Under the pieces are notes generated by a model that was given only the letters and a program-made list of their open reading frames with translations, was not told the DNA's origin and did not search any database. This document shows, one piece after another, positions 56,690 to 64,000 of a stretch of 64,000 nucleotides of DNA; position 1 is the first letter of the stretch, and each line of letters opens with the position of its first letter. The translations under genes were made by a program, and so were the position numbers. Origin of the DNA: Camelus ferus (Eukaryota); NCBI RefSeq assembly GCF_009834535.1, contig NC_045697.1, positions 34,102,001 to 34,166,000 of the forward strand. The letters run 5' to 3'.

Positions 56690-57330
56690 GCCTCCACGTT
56701 GCAAACTTTCAAAGACTACGTGGCGACTCCGCCCCCCGAGTCCGGGTTCCTGGGTCACCCGGCAGCTCGCGGGACAGGATGGGCGGCCCCCACCCGCGTG
56801 CGGGCGCGGCCCGGCGGGTGTCTGCGCGCAGAGCCCCTGGAGGGTCATCCTAAGCCGGTGCGTGGGGGTGGCGCACCAAGCCTCAGCCTCTTTAGCTCCT
56901 GAGTAGAAAGCAGGGGGCGGGCCACTCGAAATCACACCCCTTCCCCCTCCCTTCTCTGGGCGGCGGGCACGATCCCCCCTAAAGGCCGTCAGGGAGCCCG
57001 GCCCGCGCCTCCGCGCCTTGCGCGCTCCTCACCTGCAGACCCAGCTCCGCAGGAAGCTTCTGCAGCCGCCACAAGGGCGTCCCTTCTTCCGGCTCCATTC
57101 CTGTGTGAAGCTGGAGGCTGGCTCACATGACAAGCCCTGACGTCTCCTCTGGCGCCGCGGCTCGCCCACGTGACTCCCTCCCGCCGGGCGTGGGAGGGTG
57201 TGGAGACGCGAGAGCCCTGGTGCGCGTGCGCAGAGACGGAGCTATGGCTGGCCCTGTAACTAAGGAATCCTTTCTGCCTGTTGCGACGTTGCTTGAACGC
57301 CCTTATCGGTTAGTTGAAGGCACGTTCGCA
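56690..57330 (-). promoter_or_regulatory. CpG island / COMMD8 promoter and first exon
   Basis: Abrupt GC- and CpG-rich tract over exon 1. GC box GGGGCGGG ~56914, NRF1 site 57221-57232, E-box CACGTGAC 57167-57174, CRE-like TGACGT 57138-57143, TCACATGAC 57123-57131. Confidence 0.9.
57033..57098 (-). CDS. COMMD8: COMM domain-containing protein 8, exon 1 (MEPEEGTPLWRLQKLPAELGLQ)
   Basis: Reverse-complement translation matches the COMMD8 N-terminus. ATG at 57098-57096, donor |gtgagg, 66 bp, inside a CpG island. Confidence 0.95.
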
Positions 57331-57592
57331 GATCTCTCAAAGCAGTTGGCAGCTTTGTTCAGAGTTCTAGCGAACTTTATTTGCACTCTTTAGAAAGCGG
57401 TCTAATAATGGTAACCACATTTTGGGGTGCGCCGGGGCCATTGACCTGAAGGTTTGCTGTAAGTGTCTTACTAAAGTATCCCGATTTGGAAGGCAAATGA
57501 GGGTTTTCCATGCGCGACGTTCTTTATGTAGCTTATCCTAAGAAAATATCATTTTCATCCCCATGTCTAAATAACGAGATCAGAGAAGTGAC

Positions 57593-57787
57593 TAGGGTTG
57601 TCAGATTTAGCAAATAAAAATACCGGATGCCCAGTTAAATATGAAATTTCAGGTAAGCAACAAATAATATTTTTTATAAGTGTGCCCTAAATATTAAAGG
57701 AAACATACTTACACTAAAAAAAATTATTCCTTGTTTATCTGAAATTGTAATTTAACTGGGCGTCTTGTAGTTTATTTGTCAACCCTA
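57593..57787. mobile_element. MER53-type palindromic non-autonomous hAT DNA transposon, nested in a MIR
   Basis: Termini tagggttg...caacccta with an internal inverted repeat (gcccagttaaat / atttaactgggc). 195 bp. Degenerate 8-bp TSD gaagtgac/taagtcac. Confidence 0.85.
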
Positions 57788-57992
57788 TAAGTCACTTACC
57801 AAAGTTCAGTAAAGAGCACAGCCTGAGGTTTAACAAAATCAGTGAGTCTCTAGAGCGACAGTGTTGGACTAAACCTGAAACCCAAATAGCCTTTCTGTGA
57901 TTTCTCTCATTATTACAGCTGTTAACTTTAATCAGGCGCTGGCAAATTCAGTAGTGATAAGACAGTCTCTGCCATTCAGGAGTACCTCCAAA

Positions 57993-58106
57993 GGAGGAGG
58001 GTAAATAGCTCAGTGGTGGAGTGTGTGCTTAGCATGCATGAGGTCTTGGGTTCAATCCTCAGTACCCCCGTATAAAAAAAACTAATTACCTGCCCCCCCC
58101 AAAAAA
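57993..58106 (+). mobile_element. tRNA-Ala-derived SINE, camelid Vic-1-like
   Basis: GGAGGG head, A box TAGCTCAGTGG, TTAGCAT anticodon-loop remnant, B box GGTTCAATCC, and an A-rich/ctaattacc/C-run tail. Confidence 0.8.
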
Positions 58107-61100
58107 GAAGTCTATCCAGAAGCACAATTAGTGGAAGACAGAAACAGAAATTCCAATCTAATCTAAACTTAATAATTAAAGTGGTGCGAATTTTAGTAGC
58201 TTAACCTAATATTTATTTCTTGGTTGTATGTATATTGGCTTAATACAGGCATAGGTGGTTAGGTGGCTATTCCCTCTCTCAGACCTCAGAGTTCTGTCTG
58301 TTCAGTCTGAGTAGGGAAAGAGATAGTATATGAAAGATTATTAAGGAGATTTTTATCTGATATATCTAGAAATAGTGAACATCACTTCTACCCATTATCA
58401 TCAGCTGGAACCCAGTTTCATGGCAGCACCTAACTGTAAAGGAATCTTGAAAATATAGTTTAGCTGGGTGCCCAAGAGGAAAAAGAAACAAGGTTTGGTA
58501 AACACACAGTTATCTCTACCACAATCGTGCTTTTTAAAAGACAACTGAGAATTTCTAATAGGAGATACATCAACACTGTTAACAATCATTCTCTTTCACA
58601 TTGTCATATTGAACAATCATGCTTGGTAGTTTACTATTAAGGTAAAATATAAAACCAGGTTCCAACTAGCATCTTGTACCTGAATCAAATTAATATTGAT
58701 TCCAGTTTGTATGAAGAGGAGGATCTGAGAGGTTAGTAACCCAATCAGTCTCTTTTTGTGTTATCGTCACAATCAGGTTAAAGTCTATGGTTCTACAAGC
58801 TATATCTCAGAGAAATCAAGGAGGTGAAACTGGCTGGCTAGCTGGCTATGGGTTATACTAATTTAGAATTATTACAGGGAAAGGTCCAGTCTTCAGTTTT
58901 TGGGGGGTCCCCAGACTCTATTTTGTCATTTCACTTGGAAAATATTGATTCACTCTAACCGAACTCTCAAGGAACTGATTGATAAACCAGAACATCACAC
59001 AGTAGGAATTGCTTCTCCTTTGTGTATTCTTTTGAAGAAAAACTTTGTTTCTTTGATTCTCCTTTTTGCTAAATGTCATACCCTTAAAATTGCTTCTTAC
59101 AGGCTCCTGGCCAAGATTTAGGAAATACTATGTTCCAGAGAGTTACTCTGGGGATTTTTAGTCCCTATCATTGTGAGTCAAGTCTTACTAGTTAATTAAA
59201 AATGATAACCTTCTTTTGTCCCTAAATTCTGGGATCCCTACTTTCGCCCATGAACTGACAACATTAGCATCATAATTATAATTTCTTACAAATGTTTGAT
59301 GAATCAAGAAAAGCAATTAACTCATTATGCAGAGTTGAAGGCATCTTTGAATAAAATAAATTGTCTATAGCTTTCCACATTTATTTCTCAGTTCAGACCT
59401 GCTTTTCAGGTTATCCTATGACTTGACGTTGACTAATTTGTACACCTTAACTAGATGTGTTGCAATATAGGTGTACTTAGTGATTTACATTGCAATCTAT
59501 GTAAAATTATTCCTGTTCATAAATTGAGAGGAAAGGGAGGGCCTTCAAGTTTAAATGAGTTTAATTATTATCTTATAATTATATAGGAAATATTAAAATG
59601 TTATGTTTTCATTCCATTGAAAGAAGTTATGGATAGCTAATTTGTGAAGATTTGGGAGATACTGGGTTTTATTTTGTCTGTATAAACTCAGATTTGGCTG
59701 CTAGGAAACAGTTTCTTAGAAGTCAATTGGATAAATGTCTCGTTTCATTCTGGTGAATGAACTTAATAAATAGAAGGCCTTTGTTTTTCTTTTTCAGCTT
59801 TATATGTAATTAAGAAGTGCTTTTAACACTTCCTCATTATGTATTTTCTTTATCAAAAAAATGTTCTTGTAGCTTAAGCCATCAGATTTCTCCTTTAAAG
59901 TTGATCTTTGAACCAGACATTTCGATTTTAAAAAGGCAGTAAAGATTGCACATAACAGTTATTCCAGTGTAGCACTAAGGAATACAATATATTAAAAGCT
60001 CTGAAATTGTTGTTAAAGTGAAATACTTAAGTGAACTGAAATTTTGGAAATTAGATGTAATGTGTTGCCATGCACACTCTGTCCTTAGGGGTAGCGGTCG
60101 TTTAGAATGGCATGCCAAGTGCTCAGTCAGTCTTTCTGATGAAGGTTCTGTGCCTGCAAGGCCTCCCTCTTCTCAGTTGCCACCTCTTTTAAGCACTGTA
60201 CTGAAAGCCTTCACATCTGTGAGCTGTTAGGATTTTAGCCAGTGGTTCTTAATCAAGACAGCTCATTTAGAGTCACCCCAGAGAATTTTTGAGTGATTGA
60301 TTTTTCACTTCAAATGTGCTGTACTTTTGCTTTTTTAATAGCTTGGTAACTTACATGCCATAAAATCCTGCCATTTAAAGTACAGTTCCGTGGGGTTTAC
60401 TAAATGTACACAGTTCTGTGATCATCACCACAATTTAGGTTAAGACTGCTGCCATGGGCCGCCAAAATGTCCCTTCTGCCTGTTTGTAGACAATCATGTG
60501 GAAGCTTTCAAAAGAAATAATAATAATAGCCAGAACTCACCCCTAGATCAATAATATCAGAATCTCTTTGTGGGTAAATAGCCAACATTACTTTGTTACA
60601 AAACACCCCCAAATGATTTTAATGTAAACTAGTGTTGATATCCAATGATTTGTACAAAACTTAGTAGAAAAGGTGAAGATCTGGAAAGTGTAGACATGAC
60701 CCCTTACTAACCAAGAGATCTGGTCAACTTAGACCAGCATTGTCTCAACAAGGGCAGCAGCACAGTAACGAAGACTTCTAGAACCTTTAGAGTATGGCGG
60801 GGGTTTTGATCACTCTGGTTTTCTTCCTATTGTTTACTTTGCCTAGAATCTTCTCTCCATCCACCTGCAGCTCCTTCCATGAACATTTAGTCAGCCTCGT
60901 GAATTCAGACACATTCCCCAAAGAATTTTAATTGCTGCCTCATCTGTGTTTCCATAACTCTTTTAACAAACTTCTGTTCTAGTCTTTATCGCATTACATT
61001 GCAGCTGTTTGCTTATATGCTGTTTCTCCCATTGTTCTAAGCAGAGGCCCTGAAACATCCATTTCCTATTCTAGACAATGTCTGGCAGGAAGCAGACTCC

Positions 61101-61167
61101 CGTAACTGTTTGCTGAATTCAGAAATGGAAGAGGTGATGAAAAAAAGAGAACTATGAAAAGCTTAGG

Positions 61168-61348
61168 CAGTGATTCAGGTGAACCTTGATGATAAATTAG
61201 AATCAACTGAGGAGCTTTTCAAACTCCGTATGACCAGATCACACCCAGACCACGTAAGTCAGAGTCTCTAGGGATGGAACCCAGCGGTATTTTTTGTTCA
61301 ACACCCCATATGATTCTCCTAATGTGTAGTTGAAATTGAGAACCCTGA
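61168..61348. mobile_element. MER5-like hAT-Charlie element
   Basis: ttagaatca.ctgaggagctttt...cacccagacc...tcagagtctctagggatgg...tgattct...ttgagaaccc pattern. Similar relics at ~20990-21150 and ~60240-60650. Confidence 0.65.
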
Positions 61349-61695
61349 GGTTAAAGCCTCAAAGGATGGTCCAGAATTGCCTTCTTGACCAAAACAGCTC
61401 TGCCCCATTAACTGAAATACTTAAATATTTACTGTTACTTTGCCTGAAGGGCGCTCAGAAATACTGGTGGATTAACAGCTACCTGTTTAAAATGTATAGA
61501 AGGCCCCTAGCAGGCCCAAGAAAGAACATTGGGATTCATATGGTATAAAATCTTAAAGTAATTTATTAAATTATTTTTATTTATTAATTAAATTTAATTA
61601 TAATTTATTAAATTTAATAAATTACTTTCCTCCTGATATCTCTCTTGAAGAACCATTATGAAAAAGGAGTCTTAACTTGGGTAGGAAATTGAAAG

Positions 61696-62231
61696 TGTCA
61701 AAGCAAAAATTGCATTAAACAATGTTAAAGAGGCCAGGAAGACTTTATTCAAGGCTCTCGCAATAGGAGACCAGAACCCAACTCCACTGAAACAAAGGGC
61801 AGGAGAATGTTTAAGTGTGAGAGTGTGAGCGCGAACACAGGACATCTGCACTTGCTCACTGGCTTTACCCAAAGGGAAAGTAAACTTTCTCGTATTTCTT
61901 GTGACAAGAGGCAGTTTTACCACTTTGAGCAAGGCACCCACCAAAATGAGGCTCCCCCCTCCACAGAGACTGAGAGAGAGGGTTGCTATCTCTTTGATGA
62001 TTACATCTCAGAGACAGTTCATAAACTTTTGAGAAAAATATGCCTAAATTGTAAAACTGGCAGGAGACTTTTTTCCAAAAAATGATTTATATCGCAAAGG
62101 GAAGGGACAGTAATTGTAAGTACAAATTTTCTAAAGAAAAGGCTCTCTGAAAGCAGAAGTCTGGGCTTAAGTCAGGAGGAAGCCTCTTGAACATTTAGCC
62201 AAGTTGGGAAACTTTCAGGCCGTCTTGGTCG
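61696..62231 (-). mobile_element. Solo ERV LTR upstream of COMMD8
   Basis: Starts tgtcaaagc and ends ttggtcg (CA mutated). Flanking AAAG/GAAAG duplication. Antisense poly(A) signal TTTATT at ~61744. Confidence 0.7.
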
Positions 62232-62585
62232 AAAGACAAATAAATAGATCATTTTGAAACACGGAGAGTGATAAATAAGCCCAGAAAGGCTGCCCAAGAA
62301 ACCCCTCAACAAAGAGCTTTCAGTGGCAAAGTTTAGCATGAGGGTATTGGACACTTGGGAGAACCAAAAAGAAAAGCTAGAAAAAGACTTAGGAATTTGG
62401 GGAAATAAATTATTTTGCAGTTGTCCCCTCCAGAGCCTGGTTGATACCCAGCAAATGAGAAAGGACACACTCCCTTGGTCACACTCTCCTTCCCGAAGGA
62501 GCTCTCAGGTTTCACACCACCTTGGCCTTCAGCTACGCCGGAAAATGCCCACAGCTGCCATCACCAATGGTGATGGTTAATTGTT

Positions 62586-62657
62586 CATTCAACCTGGTTA
62601 ATTGTTCTACTGGCTGAGGTCCATTCAACCTGGTTAATTGTTCTACTGGCTGAGGTC
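62586..62657. repeat. Perfect 36-bp tandem duplication
   Basis: cattcaacctggttaattgttctactggctgaggtc x2 (62586-62621, 62622-62657). Confidence 0.95.
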
Positions 62658-63450
62658 CATGCAAATGTCGCTTCTGTCCCCATATTCTCTTAATATATTA
62701 TTCCGAGCTTGGTGTGAGAGGAAGAGGAAGCCATAGGGAAGTTCACCCGGCACTTGTTCGGACAGTGTGAGCTGCGGCTTGTTGGGTAGACTTTTGGTTT
62801 CATCCCAGAATCAAATGGAGTTTTGTTTCTGTTTTTGTTTTTCATATCCTACTGCTTCTCCCTCCTATGGCTCCCACCACAGATACACACTCTTTTCTGC
62901 TTGAGTGTATCAGTTTTTAATCTTTAATCATCTTCACTCAGCATCACCCAAACTCAAGTCTGTGTCTTCAGGTGTATTTTTTTCTGCCAAGTTACTGTTC
63001 TTTTCGTTGGCACTTGAAGGTATCATCTCATTTTAGTTAAAACTAAATTTAGATAACTAATAAAAACACTCTATTTTTGTGTTTCTTCCTGGGAAAAATA
63101 GATTCTTTTAAAATATTTTTGAAACTCAAGGAATTACAATCCAGTAGGGGAGGTGTGTGGGTTTTTGTTTGTTTGTTTTTTGCTTTTTTGGGGTTTTTTA
63201 ATGAACCAGTTACCACAATGTAAAGGGCTCCATACTATAGCATTTCATCAATAGAGGAATTATAAATTAAATGAGGCACAATCATATAACAGAATGCTGT
63301 ATGCTCTTAAAAGAAATGAACTTATTTAATACATCAGTGAGAATAGGTCTAGATTTTTTAAATATAATGTTCAGTTAAAAAAAGATGTCAGATTTGTTGA
63401 CACACCACCCAAGAGTCATGTACACTAGTAAGAATACAAAATAAAGCAGC

Positions 63451-63451
<1 letters not shown>

Positions 63452-63496
<45 letters not shown>

Positions 63497-63497
63497 A
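63452..63497. repeat. (TA)18(TG)n compound microsatellite
   Basis: Perfect TA run at 63452-63487 followed by TG units. Confidence 0.95.
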
Positions 63498-64000
63498 TTT
63501 TTTTTAAGGATCTGGACATTTACACAACATACACATGTAGCTTCTAGAAATTAGACTTGGAGTAATGCTGAAGGGGACTTTAGTGGTACCTGAAAAAAAA
63601 GTGAGATTGGAGTACATAATCGAAAATGGTAACTATAATTAATTCTGAATGGTTGGATAGTGTGTATTTGTTTTATAATCTTTGTACTTTTTTAGATCAC
63701 TTAAATTTATGAAAAGAAAACAAAGATAAAAGCAAAGATCACATGATAGATCCACGCCAGGAGTTCAGAAGAAGGGAAACTCACCATCAAGGTGATCAGA
63801 GACATTCTGGTAAAGGAGTAAGCAGGACTGGGAAGATGGTTGAACATTCATAGGCAGGAATGGATGAACACAGCAATTTGTTTACAAGGAATCATACAAA
63901 CCAAAAAGGGAGATAATAAAATCCAATGTCAGGATATATCCAAAACTTAGTAAATTTTTAAATCAAAATTTGATGCCAGGAATGAAGAATTTTCTGTAAA

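Noticed and set aside
57127..57393. 88-aa + strand ORF divergent from COMMD8, and ORFs 56594-56935
   Set aside because: Typical of stop-poor CpG-island sequence, with no recognisable homology.
57993..58075. tRNA-Ala(AGC)-like sequence
   Set aside because: The acceptor stem is not properly paired and a SINE-type tail follows, so it is a SINE and not a tRNA gene.
62574..62660. CRISPR-like 36-bp repeat
   Set aside because: The copies are directly adjacent with no spacers, the context is eukaryotic, and there are no cas genes.

Overview
Mammalian genomic DNA, probably a camelid, judged from a tRNA-Ala-derived Vic-1-like SINE and no recognisable Alu, B1, BovB or PRE elements. The window holds two convergent protein-coding genes. 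On +, the last four coding exons (6-9) of GABRB1 (GABA-A receptor beta-1) lie at 10885-29886; exons 1-5 are upstream of the window. They are followed by a ~12 kb repeat-poor tract that looks like a very long 3'UTR. On -, the complete 5-exon COMMD8 gene (183 aa, CDS 57098->48068) has a CpG-island promoter. The rest is introns and intergenic DNA with L1, L2, MIR, LTR and hAT relics and microsatellites. Nearly all ORFs in the supplied track are chance or repeat-derived. I found no convincing new gene system. The best leads are regulatory: a splice-site-flanked 34-nt cassette just after the GABRB1 stop, a probable ~10-12 kb 3'UTR, CLEAR/M-box/NRF1 motifs in the COMMD8 promoter, a palindromic MER53, and a young nested L1 with a perfect TSD. 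Repeat family names come from memory of consensus sequences, and repeat boundaries are approximate unless a TSD is given.
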